From positions 160,001 to 224,000 of the forward strand of contig CAWHVC010000005.1 of assembly GCA_963832745.1 (NCBI GenBank): a DNA stretch of 64,000 nucleotides. Direction: 5' to 3'. The translations under genes were made by a program, and so were the position numbers. Every line of letters starts with the position of its first letter. Within the stretch, counting starts at the first letter, position 1. The notes under the pieces were generated by a model, which saw nothing but the letters and a program-made list of their open reading frames with translations, did not search any database and was not told the DNA's origin. Shown piece after piece: positions 39,862 through 51,677 of this stretch. Source of the DNA: Candidatus Bathyarchaeota archaeon. GTDB taxonomy: Archaea > Thermoproteota > Bathyarchaeia > Bathyarchaeales > Bathycorpusculaceae.

Positions 39862-42036
39862 TACACTGTCTCCTTTTCAATAAAAACACGATTTTCCACA
39901 GAAAACAAGGCGGGCTGATACATTTGTTCAACATATTGACTCATCATCCGGCAGGCGTTAAAAACAGGGTTTATGGTTTTGATGGCTTCTTTGGCTACCT
40001 GAATCCACCGGTGAGGTATGCCTTTGCGGTCACGATCATAAAACAGAGGCACAATCTCGTTTTCAAGCAAACCGTAAATTGATTCAGAATCCGCTTTATC
40101 TTCTTCCTCTGGACTACCGCCTTTGAAACCATCGATTGCCCAACCGTTAAGCCCATTGTATGCTTCATCCCACCAACCATCACGGATGCTTAGGTTGATT
40201 ACGCCGTTCATTGAAGCTTTCATACCGCTTGTTCCGCAAGCTTCTTGTAGCCGCCGTGGCGTGTTCAACCAGACGTCCACTCCGCGGACTAAGTCGCGGG
40301 CAAGGTTCATGTCGTATTCTTCCACAAACGCTATACGTCCTTGAAAGCGGCGATCAAGGGCGATTTGGTAAACGCTTTTTAGGAGTTCTTTTGAAGCATA
40401 ATCGGCTGGATGGGATTTCCCGCCGAAAATAATCTGCACTGGACGGAGTGGGTCGGTTACGATTTTTTTGAGACGTTCCAAATCCATCAGAATAAGGTAT
40501 GGACGCTTGTACTGTGTGAATCGACGTGTGAAGTTTATTGTTAAAGCGTACGGGTCAAGAAGCGCACCCATAGCAAGCACTTGTTGTGTAGAAATGCCAT
40601 CGCGGACCAGTCGTTGCTGGGCTCGGTCTTGTATTGCACGGATAAGCCGGGTTTTCATCGTTTGATGTGCCATCCAGAACCTTTCGTCTGAAATCTCGGT
40701 GGCGTTTTTCCAGAAGCCTTCCACATACTCGTTTGGCAAGTTTTCGTCGCCTGCTTGTGCCCCGAAGAGTTGGGAAATTTCGTAAGCCCGCCAGGTGGGA
40801 GAGTGCACACCATTAGTTATGCTTAATATTGGAACCTCGTCCACTGGTTTTCCAGGATAAAGTACACTCCACATTTTACGGGCAACACCTCCATGAAGCC
40901 GACTTACCGCGTTAGCTTGACCAGACAACCGTAGCGCAAGGGCAGTTAGACTAAATTTTTCAGGTCCAAGTCCATCGTAGTAGCCAAGTTTTAGAAAGAT
41001 TTCGCGGTCGATTCCAAGTTTTTCCCAAAAATTACGGCCATACTTATCCATGAGTTGGTAGGGAAAAATGTGGTGACCTGCAGCTACTGGCGTATGGGTG
41101 GTGAAAACGGTGTTTTTGCGTACTTTTTCTATGGCTTCATGCAATGAAGAGCCCTTGAGCCCGTTCTTCTCTGAGCCGTTCAAACATCATAAATGTTGTA
41201 TGGTCCTCATTTGCATGCCACACTACGGGTTCCAAACGAAGAGCACGCAAAGCGCGTACGCCACCGATGCCCAGTACGATAAGCTGTTTTAACCGTTCCT
41301 CTTGGTCGGCAGTGTAAAGTCTCGCCGAAAGTCCCCTATCCTCTGGACGGTTATCGTTAATGTTTGTATCCAGCAAGTACAGGTTTACTCTGCCAACTTT
41401 TACTTGCCACACTTGAAGGTACAAGTTGTGATCCGCAAGTGGAACATCAACATACGGGCCACAGCCTGCAGGCCAAGCACATGGAGAAATTGGAGCCTCA
41501 CTAAAATCTAATTGAGTATAGACTTCTTCTTGCCAACCATCCGCTGAAACACGCTGGCGAAAGTAACCTTGAGGATACATGAATCCAACTGCAACCATCG
41601 GCAACCCCATGTCAGAAGATTGCTTGCAAATGTCTCCTGCAAGGACGCCCAAGCCGCCAGCATAGATGGGTAGAGAGTTATGAATGGCGTATTCTGCTGA
41701 GAAATAGGCGATTTGCCCGCTAAAATCTGGCGGTACAGTTTTTTTGCACCAAAGCTTTTGACTGTTCATGTAAACGTCAAATTTGGTTATTACTGAATCG
41801 TATAGTTCGAGAAAAGAAGGGTCTTTTGCGGCTGATTCTAGTTTTTCATGGTTGATGTCACGTAGTTGTTTGACGGGGTTGTGTCCGCTTGTTCGCCAAA
41901 GGTCATAATCAAGTGAACGGAAGACTTGGCGTCCCTGCTCGTCCCAACTCCACCACAAATTATTTGCCAACTCGGGCAATCTGCTGATTCGTTTGGGAAC
42001 GTTTTGAATATTTTCTTGATTACCAAAAGCAGTCAT
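39861..42036 (-). CDS. glgP: Alpha-glucan (glycogen/maltodextrin) phosphorylase, split by a 1-nt frameshift near 41160
   Basis: LANNLWWSW, YFSAEY, YAGGLGVLAGD, WHANE / FTTHTPVAAGH, ITNGVH, RRFTQYKR, EACGTSGMKASMNG. Deleting one G (CGG-G-CTC) joins the two ORFs: EERLKGSSLHEAIEKVR. Confidence 0.92.
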
Positions 42037-42511
42037 TGTTTTGTTGGGCTCCTCGCCAAATGGGAAAAAGCAGTTTTTTAAAGAGATTATTAGGAAAAGG
42101 CGATTTCAAGATTAAGTAAGCTGATTTTGTTATTTATAGTTTAACATTAGCAAAATCGATATTAAGAAAGTGTTTATTCAAATTATCTCAGGACTTCTTT
42201 GTAAAAAGGGCAAACAAAGCTTTGAATTCCACGTAACCACAGCTTGTTCCAACCAATAACAGAGATAAAACATGCATAGATTATTAAAATAAACCAGAAA
42301 ATTATTGTTTTAAGCTAAATACCAATTTTTTGAAGGTTTCGCAGCTAAACAACAAACATAACTGGCATCATGAACAGTTTATGCAGCTAATTAGCCATCA
42401 AACACATTTTAATGGTCAGAACTGCCTTTTTTGAACGAACCATCTAAATAAGATGAAAATACATTTTCTACAAAACACTCAATTAAAGAAAAAATTTTGG
42501 TGGTGGCCATA

Positions 42512-43006
42512 TTGAAAGTTGAAATAATACGTAAAACAACACAAAGTGTAGTTAATTTCAAGAATCATTTTAAACACTTCGAAAAAGTTGAAGCCGTTAA
42601 ACGTGTCTTCGGCGACAAAACCCATGACGCATTATCTAACTTGGAAGTAGAATTTACAGAAGCAACTATCTACATGAGAGTAGACTACGATGGACGGCTA
42701 CTGATTAACCCTGACTATTTTGAAAACGCTAACCTGACGGACTTATACCTTGACGTCATCCACGAACTAGTCCATGTAAACCAAGTCATAACTGGCCAAG
42801 AATTCAAAGAAGAACTACCATACATTGAGAAACCCACCGAAATTGAAGCTTATCAAGTAGCCGTAGACGAAGCAAGAGCGTTAGGGCTAGACGAGAAAAG
42901 GATACTGGATTACCTTGACTCTGACCTAATCAACACAGAGGAACTAATGCAGCTAGCATCAACAGTAGGCGTAAACATCAAAGAAGACGAGTTAGAAAAC
43001 AACTAA
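42512..43006 (+). CDS. Hypothetical zincin-like protein (HExxH)
   Basis: LDVIHELVHVNQ..YIEKPTEIEAY. Confidence 0.7.
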   Translation: MKVEIIRKTTQSVVNFKNHFKHFEKVEAVKRVFGDKTHDALSNLEVEFTEATIYMRVDYDGRLLINPDYFENANLTDLYLDVIHELVHVNQVITGQEFKEELPYIEKPTEIEAYQVAVDEARALGLDEKRILDYLDSDLINTEELMQLASTVGVNIKEDELENN

Positions 43007-43043
43007 ACCCCTTTTTTAGGGTAGAAGGCAAAAAAACCTTCAA

Positions 43044-44154
43044 TTACTTACGTTTTATGTGGTATTGTTCGATTACGTCTTTAGCTTTTTCGCGGCGTTC
43101 CCTGTGTGCTTCAAGGAACCGGTTAAGTTTTTCAGCAATATCTTTTTTGCATTCGCCACAGAGCATTTCGCCTGATCGGCACCGTTGCTCACGTTCTTTT
43201 AATTTGCCCGTATCATCTTCAAAAAGATAATAGTAGTACTGGAAAATGCTGCAAACGGTGGGGTCTGCACCGGTTTTGCGTTGTTCAGCCGCTGTTGGTT
43301 TGCCACCTGTGAATGCGCCCCAGATTTTCTTTTTGACAATATCTGGCTGGTCCATGGTGAATATGCTGGTTTCTGGCATGGAGGCACTCATTTTTCCGCC
43401 TGCACCCAAGTCCTGGCAGGAAGCGGCAGTGAATTTGGGCTGGTTTGTAGTAGCCGAGTTTTTGGGCTACGTCGCGGGTTACGCGCCAGTATGGGTCTTG
43501 GTCGATTGCTGCAGGGATGAGAGCTGGCACGTTTTCGCCTGTTAATTTTTTATGTATGAAGCAGGGGGCTGCTTGGATTGCGGGCCAGTAAACCCAGCCA
43601 ATGTTTGTGCTATCTTGAAAGCCAAAACTGCTACGGGCTGTGCTGTAGGTGATGCGTTTGGCTACCTCTAGAGTGATATCATAGAGTAGGTCAATGTCTT
43701 TAGTATCGTAAATGATGAAGGTATCTTCCGGCTTGAACCCAAGCGCAATTAGGTCAAGAGCGTTTTCGTATGACCATTTGCTGGTTTCTTTAAGGTCCCG
43801 TTCATTATTGACGAGGTATTTTTCGTCATCAGTTATTTGGAAGTACAAACGTGTTTTAAATTTTTGTTGCATGTGCAAAGTGAAAATCCATGGAACCAAG
43901 TGTCCGATGTGGACTGGCCCTGAGGGTCCTCTGCCTGTGTAGAGAACAAATTTGGTTCCTTTATCATAAAGGTCCAAAACCGTGTCTAAGTCGCGATGGC
44001 TGAAGAAGATTTGTCTTTCAAGCTGCAGGTGCAACTTGTCGGTGTGGGTTTCTACACGTTTGAGAAGCGCAGGTGTTAAAGGCTGGGTGCCGAATTCTTT
44101 TATGAGGCGTTCGTAGTCGACTTTACCTTTTACTTCCCAAGGGGTAACTACCAT
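43044..44154 (-). CDS. trpS: Tryptophanyl-tRNA synthetase, split by a 1-nt frameshift near 43406
   Basis: VVTPWEV, YTGRGPSGPVHIGH, QITDDEK, AIDQDPYWR. Deleting one G (CTT-GGG-TGC to CTT-GGT-GCA) restores LPGLGAGGKMSAS..CGECKK. Confidence 0.95.
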
Positions 44155-44247
44155 TTCATTATTGTTATCGTTTGCGTCGGGTGAAGCCGTCTTGTATCAC
44201 CAGTATATTGGGGAAAAAGGGTTTTTTCAGATATATGCTTTTGCCGT

Positions 44248-44643
44248 TTACTTTTCAATTGGACGACGCATTACGCCGCCAGCAATTCTTTTGTACTTGT
44301 AACCATCAAACTCAATCCATTCAGTGAACGATACTTCACGGGTTATACGTAAAATGTCTGACGGCAACTCTGCATAATTCGTGTATGAGCAGAACTCGTA
44401 GGGGATTGGCACGTCACCTTTGTGTTTAGGTTTTGGTGTGCGGGTTTCCCAGACACCAGTCTCTTTTGGCAATTCAGTTTGGTTTTCGCTTGTTAGGGGC
44501 GTTGTTGCCACGACATAGCCTTCTTGCGGACTGTAAGCTTTCCCTTCAATTAGCAGTTTGCGCAAAGTCTTTTGATTTTCAACGTCATCAATTTTTGTGG
44601 GCGTTGATATTTGTTTCAGAACTGCTAATTCGATGGCACTCAT
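44248..44643 (-). CDS. Hypothetical protein
   Basis: 131-aa ORF with a plausible start; no recognised family. Confidence 0.6.
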   Translation of the reverse strand: MSAIELAVLKQISTPTKIDDVENQKTLRKLLIEGKAYSPQEGYVVATTPLTSENQTELPKETGVWETRTPKPKHKGDVPIPYEFCSYTNYAELPSDILRITREVSFTEWIEFDGYKYKRIAGGVMRRPIEK

Positions 44644-44736
44644 ATTTTCACATCAATAATTCATAATATTTAATCGTTATTAAGTGACTTGCAAAAAAAA
44701 GCAACTAAGAAAAAAAAGGTTTGGATATTTTGCGGT

Positions 44737-46000
44737 TTATCGTTCCTTCCAACGCGTAACCAAAGACCCAACAATTATGAATACAAAAGCTAACACTGCA
44801 ACCACTGCCAAGTTACTGTAAACGCCTTCAGGGAAATTGTAAACCATCGAATAACGCAAACCGTCAGACAAGTAGGTAAGCGGCAAAACTTTGGAGATTG
44901 ACTGCAAATATTGAGGCATCATTTCAAGGGGGAAGAAAGTGCCAGATAGGAACATCATTGGGAAAGCAATAGCGTTGCCTGCAGCGTTAGCGGCTTCAAT
45001 GTCCCGGAACAACCCTGCGATGGTCATGCCGATTCCTGAAAACATTACAGAGCCAAAGAGCAACAGAAGGAATGTTAACGCGTCAGGAATGATTCTTACA
45101 CCGAAAACTATCCAGCCTACTGCAATCATTATGCCTGTGAGCAACAGGTTTAGCACAGCTTGGCTTAAGACGTTGCCAATTATCCAGTCAAGTTTAGTCA
45201 AAGGCGTCATTGAGAGTCGTTTGATTATGCCTCTTCGTTTGAATTCTGAAGCAGTTGAAGATAAACCGATAATGCCGTTTGTCATGATGAAAGCTGCAGT
45301 AATAGCTGGCACGTAATAATCAACCATGTTGTAGGTTGTGTTTGTTGCGGATTCCTCATTGATGGTTATGATGTTTTGGGCACCAATTAATTTATAGTTA
45401 AAAGCGTTGGATACGCTACCGATTATGCTTTTGACCACGGCTGCTGACTGATCGGATGGGTCAGTGATGATGGTTAAGGAAGAATTCGCTACAGGAAGAC
45501 TGCCGTTTAATTCTTGCATGCCACTTATGCCCTGTTGTAGCCCCAATTTTTGTTCGTCAGTCATGTAAGCTTGGAAGTACTGTAAAGACATGTTCATAGT
45601 GTCATACATTATCCCAACGCGGACTTTCATGGTACCGTTAAGCAAGTCATCATTGAAACCTTTAGAAATAACGAGGATACGCATGGTTCCACCTAACGGT
45701 CCAAGAGCATCCCGTCACGTAATCGGTAGCGTTAGCGTCGACAGGTATACCTTTCATGCTAAAAGTGTTAGTGCTGTTAAGCGCCGTTATGAAAGCTGAA
45801 GACAACTCCGTAGCGTGCCCTTGACTATCTACATCAAGGTTTTGAATGTAAATGCTGTAAGTTGATGAACCGCCAAATCCTGAAAAAATGGCGCCAAAAA
45901 CCAACAACAGCAAGATTGGAAACATTATACTAAAGAATAGGCCGGAACGGGAACGTATCCAATTCTTGGTTACTGCTTTTAAAACTGTAAAGAACTTCAT
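44737..46000 (-). CDS. ABC-2 type exporter permease, split by a 1-nt frameshift near 45712
   Basis: N-terminal LFFSIMFPILLLLVFG joins, after removing one G, DALGPLGGTMRILV..KRLSMTPL..PMMFLSGTFFPLEMMP..LPLTY. Confidence 0.88.
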
Positions 46001-46935
46001 TGTTTTAGCTCTCCTTCGTCAGTTATGCGTGCGCCTGTAAGCTTGAGAAAAACGTCTTCTATTGAGGGTGTTTGAACTTCGATGTCTTGATTGATGCGCA
46101 GTTCAGTTAGGTATGACATAACATTCCAGAAGTCTTCCGCTGAAGGAATTTCAACCAATACATCCTCAGTACGGTTAAGCTTGATATGCTCAAACTTCAG
46201 TTTTAGCTTATCAGTTAACGCTTTTCCTGCTTTTCGAATAATCAACGTTTTTGAGCCACCATACTGGCTGACAAGTTCCTGCGGCGAACCAATAACTGAA
46301 ATTTTACCCTTCTGCACTATGGCCACTCGGTCAGCTAAGGCTTGAGCTTCCTCCATGTAATGAGTTGTTAAAAACACGGTTTTGCCCAGTTTCTTCAGGT
46401 TAGCAATTACAGTCCAGACGTCACGACGTGCTTTAGGGTCAAGACCCGTCGTGGGTTCATCAAGGAAAATCAGTTGGGGGTCGCTGACAAGAGCTGCGGC
46501 GACGCCGACACGCTGCTTAAGACCACCGGAAAGATTCTCAAAACGCGCTTTTGCTTTGTCTTCAAGGTCTAATAGTTTGATGACTTCTTCGGTTGGCAAA
46601 TGTTTCTGGTACATATCACCGATTAAGTCAATGTTTTCTTTCACCGTCAACTTATCAAGCGCACTGTAATCCTGCGGTAAAACGCCGATTCTACGCTTGA
46701 TTTCTTTAACGTCTGAACTGTTATTTACATCGAAGCCTAAAACTTTGGCTGAACCCGCGGTTAATGGGCGAAGGCATTCAAGTATTTCTACGGTTGTAGT
46801 TTTTCCTGCACCGTTTGGACCCAGAAAAGCGAAGATTTCACCCTCGTAAACTTGAAATGAAATTTGGTTTACGGCGGTTAAGTTTTTGTACTGTTTTACT
46901 AGAGAGTTTACCTCTACTACGGCTGTATGATTCAT
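45997..46935 (-). CDS. ABC exporter ATP-binding protein (DrrA-like)
   Basis: GPNGAGKTT, LSGGLKQR, FLDEPTTGLDP, TTHYMEEA, PSIEDVFLKLTG. Confidence 0.92.
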   Translation of the reverse strand: MNHTAVVEVNSLVKQYKNLTAVNQISFQVYEGEIFAFLGPNGAGKTTTVEILECLRPLTAGSAKVLGFDVNNSSDVKEIKRRIGVLPQDYSALDKLTVKENIDLIGDMYQKHLPTEEVIKLLDLEDKAKARFENLSGGLKQRVGVAAALVSDPQLIFLDEPTTGLDPKARRDVWTVIANLKKLGKTVFLTTHYMEEAQALADRVAIVQKGKISVIGSPQELVSQYGGSKTLIIRKAGKALTDKLKLKFEHIKLNRTEDVLVEIPSAEDFWNVMSYLTELRINQDIEVQTPSIEDVFLKLTGARITDEGELKQ

Positions 46936-47083
46936 GATTTAGTGCATTGCTCCTCGAAACGACGTTGTTTTTGTAAGTTTTAGCTAATAAAACTTGTCAG
47001 GGAGCAAGGGGCTGTTTAAAGAAAAAGGTTCAGTATAAGTAAAAATGAAAGGTTTGATGAGAAAATGACGAGCTCAGGTCTGT

Positions 47084-48844
47084 TTACCGGAAAATTAGCC
47101 GTCTAAAGTAAACCAGTAAACCGCCGATAACGCCAATTATTACGCCTACCACGACAATGATTACTATATTTTCCACGTTAAGTAAACCTTGAGCTGTGGC
47201 GGTTGGTGTCGGGTAAACTGAGGTTGGGTCAAATGCGGGTATGGTAATGTTACCGTGGGCGCTGGAGATTTCTAATGGCGCCATTAAAGGGTAATTGTCA
47301 ACCATGTACTCGAAAACCGTGTAAGGGGTGTCGCCTATGCCATCACCGTTCATATCAACACCTGTGTAAGTATCCCAGTAGTTGCCTGTTTGAGCGTTAT
47401 CCCACGTGTTACCCACCGAGTACGATTCTCCATCGGAAAGCAGGGTTTCAAGGTGTGTTTCAAAAACCTGTACTTGATTATCAAAGAAGTTGTTGTAGTA
47501 GAAAGTATTGTTGCTTGACCCAGCGTAAATGCTTACAGCGTACTTGCAAGAAGTGACATTGTTTTGGGTGAAATTATTAAAGTTCGACTGGCCAAGCTGG
47601 ATTCCGGCTTTGCAGTCTTTGATTACATTTGCGGTTAGGGTGTTGTTTGAACTTGAAAAGAATTCAAGCGCGCAGTCATGGTTGATTATTGTGTTGTCAT
47701 AAATGTTGTTGCTGAAGGTTCCGCCAAGTTGGGTATCGCCTAACTGAATTGCCGCGGTGTTAAAACCTGATTGGTGTACTCTGTCGGCATCTGTAGAGTA
47801 AACAGTGTCTAAAAGCACGTTGGCATAGATTTCGTTGAAACTTGAATTATTATACAGTTTAATGCATACACTATAATAGGTGATTTTGTTTGCAAAGACT
47901 CTATTATTTGAACTTGAATCAAACCTGATTGAACTTAACAAGTTATCATGAATACTGGTTCCATTTGAATTAACTAAAAGAACATGTCCGCGACTGTTGG
48001 ATATTTCACTTGTAGTTGTATTAACCAGTTGCATTGTAACAGCGTAATCATATACGGGGTTAACATTTTTTACAACAATATTGGTGCAGTTAAAAAGGTA
48101 AACAAGCCCTGCTTCTTCAAAAACCTTGTCAGATTTGCTGTCAAGATAAACCAAGGGTTTTCCGTCAACTGTATTTCCGTAAGCGATAGTTTGGTTAGAA
48201 CTTAGACTGGAAACTCGGCACCCAAAAAAGTTGTTATCAACTATGCTTGTTTTGCTGGTTGAAGCGTCAAGGTAGATGCCGCCTTGATGGTCTTGACAAG
48301 AAAAGCTGTTGCCTGAAATTTCGGTTCCAACAGCGTCACTAAGATAAATGCACCAACCAGCCTCTTTAGATTGGTTATTATTGACGTTGCCGCTGGTTTC
48401 AATTCTGTTGTTAATTATTTGATTGTTAAAGGCAGATGGTTGATTTAAATAGTTGGAGTTTGAAGGCCAATTTTTAACCTGCCAGAAATCGATGCCTGTC
48501 TGAAAATTTTTTATTGTGAAATTTGCGATTTTAATGTTTTGGCTTCTTAACATATAGATTGCTGAGCCTAAACCTGAACCTTGAACAGTGTAACCTGCGC
48601 CGTTAAGGGTAATGTTGTCTTTTTCTATGAAGATGAAGGCTTCGTTTTGACCAACATACGCCTGCAGGTTATCGGTTAAAGTATATACTGTACCGTTCTG
48701 AATTATTTTGTCTGTTCCGATAATAGTGCCGTCCTCTTTTATTCGGATAATATCCGAGTCTTGGGCACTGACCTGTCCTGAGTTTATGACAAGAACAGAG
48801 GACAACAAGAATAGAACAATCAAAGTAGCCACTGTTTTGTTCAT
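47084..48844 (-). CDS. NosD-like parallel beta-helix surface protein with TM anchor
   Basis: Signal peptide; NITLNGAGY; many SNN.I..N.I repeats; NTWDN..GNYW..Y.G.D.NGDGIGDTPY..DNYPL; C-terminal TM. Confidence 0.88.
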   Translation of the reverse strand: MNKTVATLIVLFLLSSVLVINSGQVSAQDSDIIRIKEDGTIIGTDKIIQNGTVYTLTDNLQAYVGQNEAFIFIEKDNITLNGAGYTVQGSGLGSAIYMLRSQNIKIANFTIKNFQTGIDFWQVKNWPSNSNYLNQPSAFNNQIINNRIETSGNVNNNQSKEAGWCIYLSDAVGTEISGNSFSCQDHQGGIYLDASTSKTSIVDNNFFGCRVSSLSSNQTIAYGNTVDGKPLVYLDSKSDKVFEEAGLVYLFNCTNIVVKNVNPVYDYAVTMQLVNTTTSEISNSRGHVLLVNSNGTSIHDNLLSSIRFDSSSNNRVFANKITYYSVCIKLYNNSSFNEIYANVLLDTVYSTDADRVHQSGFNTAAIQLGDTQLGGTFSNNIYDNTIINHDCALEFFSSSNNTLTANVIKDCKAGIQLGQSNFNNFTQNNVTSCKYAVSIYAGSSNNTFYYNNFFDNQVQVFETHLETLLSDGESYSVGNTWDNAQTGNYWDTYTGVDMNGDGIGDTPYTVFEYMVDNYPLMAPLEISSAHGNITIPAFDPTSVYPTPTATAQGLLNVENIVIIVVVGVIIGVIGGLLVYFRRLIFR

Positions 48845-49147
48845 ACTGGTCGCAGCATAAATTAACGCTTTATCTCCTCTTATTGTTTGCGGAAAAAGCC
48901 GTAAAACAAAAACTGTTCAACAGCAAATACAAGAAACTAAATTTTTAAAATAAAAATTTTAAAACTAAAAAAGATAAAAAATAAACTTTAACAAGCAATT
49001 TTGGCGTCTTTGAAAGCAACAGGGCATACACTAAAAATCTGCAGCGGCAAGTGCTAATAGAGCAGAAACAAGCCAAAGCGTGCTGGTTCCCTATTCACTG
49101 TTTAAATAACAGGATAGATAATTTTTTGCTCAAGAGATGCAAAACTT

Positions 49148-49462
49148 ATGCAGCTTGAAGAAATGAGAAAAGAAATCGAAGCATTAGTCATAGCTAAAGG
49201 CTTTTACAACAACCCGGAAGACATCCCTAAAAAACTCCTTTTCGCCTTCATTGAACTTGGCGAAGCCAGCGATGCCTGGAAAAAAGGGCAACCTGAAGAA
49301 AAAATTGCTGAAGAATTAATCGACGTAATCTTTTACCTGCTTGACGCCAGTCGGCTTGCCTGTCCAAACATGAATATGGACGAGGTTTTCAAGAAGAAGC
49401 TTGAAAAAAATCTTGGCAGACCTTACCAGTATGGGGAAGGACACCGCAACAAAACCCCGTAA
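49148..49462 (+). CDS. MazG-like nucleotide pyrophosphohydrolase
   Basis: FIELGEASDA..IAEELIDVIFYL..KKKLEKN. Confidence 0.85.
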   Translation: MQLEEMRKEIEALVIAKGFYNNPEDIPKKLLFAFIELGEASDAWKKGQPEEKIAEELIDVIFYLLDASRLACPNMNMDEVFKKKLEKNLGRPYQYGEGHRNKTP

Positions 49463-49525
49463 ACCCAAAATTTTTGGGCAGGAAGTTTTTAGGCAACACA
49501 CACCAATTATGGTGCTGAATTAATC

Positions 49526-49951
49526 TTGGAATTCATTTACCCAACAAATCTGCGGTTCGAATGCAACAGGTGCGGAATCTGCTGCAGAGACACTCAAGAA
49601 AAAACCAGGCACATAATCATGCTTGAAAAGGAAGCTCAAGAAATTCAAGAAAAAACTGGCAAAAGCCGGGACGAATGCTGCCTTGAAATCTTTGACAAGT
49701 TGCCGTACAGGTTCGAAATGAATAAAACGCAGGATGGAAAATGCATTTTCCTTAAACAGGATGGTTGCAGCATTTACGGTTTTAGACCGATGATTTGCAG
49801 GTTTTACCCTTTTGAATTGAAATTTGATGAAACCCAACAAAAACATGTTTTTACGGCTACCAATGAGTGCCCAGCGTTAAATCAGGGCAAGCATTTGACG
49901 TTGGCAGATTTTAAACGGCTGTTTTGGCTGGCTCAAGAAAGATTACCATGA
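49526..49951 (+). CDS. YkgJ-family CxxCxxCC cysteine-cluster protein
   Basis: FECNRCGICC..CIFL..CSIYGFRPMICRFYPF..CP. Confidence 0.9.
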   Translation: MEFIYPTNLRFECNRCGICCRDTQEKTRHIIMLEKEAQEIQEKTGKSRDECCLEIFDKLPYRFEMNKTQDGKCIFLKQDGCSIYGFRPMICRFYPFELKFDETQQKHVFTATNECPALNQGKHLTLADFKRLFWLAQERLP

Positions 49952-49955
49952 GCAG

Positions 49956-50420
49956 CTACATTTGGGATAATACATCGGTTTTTTCAAGAATGTAACCGCA
50001 GTAGTGACACTTCAAAACAAGCGGCTCCACGGATTCAACGCTGAATTTTGAACCCACCGGTTCCTCACTGTTTGTTACGCACACGGGGTTTGCACATTTC
50101 ACTATGCCCTCAATAACTGGAGGCAGTTTAACTTCAAGTTTCTCGACAACGGCATAATTCTTGATTATGTTTATGGAGGCGTGAGGGGCGACAAGGGCGA
50201 TACGGTTAACTTCGCCAGCGTTTAAGGCGCGGCCTTCAATTTTTACGATGTCTTTAGTGCCAAGATGTTTGCTGGGAACATTAATGGTTATAGTCATTAC
50301 ACGGTTTTCTTTGCCTGTGATGCCAAGTATTTTTACGACGTCAAGTGCGTAGCCGCCGCTGATGTGGTCAATAACCGTGCCGTCCTTAATTTTTGAAACT
50401 CGAAGTTCCTTCTCACTCAT
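49956..50420 (-). CDS. pyrI: Aspartate carbamoyltransferase regulatory subunit
   Basis: LRVSKIKDGTVIDHI, KDIVKIE, CANPVCVT..LKCHYCG. Confidence 0.96.
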   Translation of the reverse strand: MSEKELRVSKIKDGTVIDHISGGYALDVVKILGITGKENRVMTITINVPSKHLGTKDIVKIEGRALNAGEVNRIALVAPHASINIIKNYAVVEKLEVKLPPVIEGIVKCANPVCVTNSEEPVGSKFSVESVEPLVLKCHYCGYILEKTDVLSQM

Positions 50421-50559
50421 AAAGTTGCCAACAACTAAGCATATGCACAATTAACAGATAAATTTTACATAAAAACCAAGACAGGGCAGATTAAAAAGCC
50501 TTAAAGCCGTCAATTTCTTGCTGGTAACATAATTATAAAAAAGAGGTTTAGAATTGATT

Positions 50560-51665
50560 TTATTTTCTTTTCTTTATGAATAGTGCCGATAATATGACAG
50601 CAATAATAAAAGCTGCCATTATTGCAATAATGACGGTTGTATTTGACGGGTTTTGAGGCGCTTGCGCATCTATGTTTGGAGTTGTGTCTGTGGAAAGATT
50701 CGCTGTATCTGGAACAGAACCCATTATTCCTGTGGGGTGACTGTAGTCTATTTCGCCGGTGTCTGCCCATATTCCAACTTGCCAGCCATTGATAGTTGAG
50801 TTGGGGTAGAAAGAGGTATTTAACCAAACAAAAAAGGATGCGATATGAAAGGCTCTCTAGGTGACATATATAAGTCAACTCGTACGGTTTCATTTCTTAA
50901 ACTGAGCGATGAATTGGCCGCAATTTCTGCTTGTTCCATAGCAAGGCTTATTGCTTTTTCACGAGATACCATTATCTTCTCACTACCTATAGAAAAGAAT
51001 TTCCAGCCATTACTAAATCCGGTTAATTCTCCATTTTTAAAGAAAATATTGATACTCTTAGGAGAATCAACAGATTCGTTTGAGGCATACATGAAGGATA
51101 CAGTTGTGAACGTAGCAGTTACATTTTGAGAAATAAAGTTTGTATTCGTTGTCACCTGACATTTAAGATTTCCTACTGTTTTATTCGCAGACTGAATGTC
51201 GGAAATTTTATCGAGCATATCCTGCATTTGTTGAAGAGATTGTGCATCATCTACCGTTTGAAGTCTTTGAATAATTTCTTTTGTTTCAATTAAAATGTTC
51301 GTAGAAAATTGCTTTCCAAAGTGAGCGGTTGCTATCGACGCGCCATGAGGATATATATCGACAATCGCAAGAGTGCCATTTACAAACCGCATATTTACGT
51401 CAATGTTTTTGTTGTCTTCAGATTTCAAGCTATATGTGAAATCTTCCTGAACAAGTCCGCCATAAGCGTCAGGTTGTTCGGAACGGTAGTTTGTGAGTTC
51501 TACCTTGTATTTCGTCGAGTCGAGCCCAATTATGTCGTTGATTGCTGTAAGCGCTTTGTTTTGAATTGTTAATTCCTCCGAGTGTGCACCGGAAATTTGA
51601 CTTATTGAAAAAGCCAAAATTGATATTACAATAAGGCATGTGTAAATTTTTTTCAGACTTTTCAT
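50560..51665 (-). CDS. Membrane-anchored secreted protein with a C-terminal PepSY-like segment (frameshift near 50820)
   Basis: ORF 50820..51665 contains VSREKAISLAME. Another frame continues FYPNSTINGWQVGIWADTGEIDYSHP..IIAIMAAFIIAVILSALFIKKRK, stop at 50560. Confidence 0.75.
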
Positions 51666-51677
51666 TTTTTTCCTCCT

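Noticed and set aside
39861-46000. glgP, trpS and ABC permease as pseudogenes or genuinely split genes
   Set aside because: Each is repaired by removing one base, with no other decay; trpS is essential, so assembly error is more likely.
50510-50893. 127-aa minus-strand ORF in the track
   Set aside because: Wrong frame; the sensible C-terminus (WADTGEI..TM-KKRK) of the 51665 gene lies in a different frame over the same bases.
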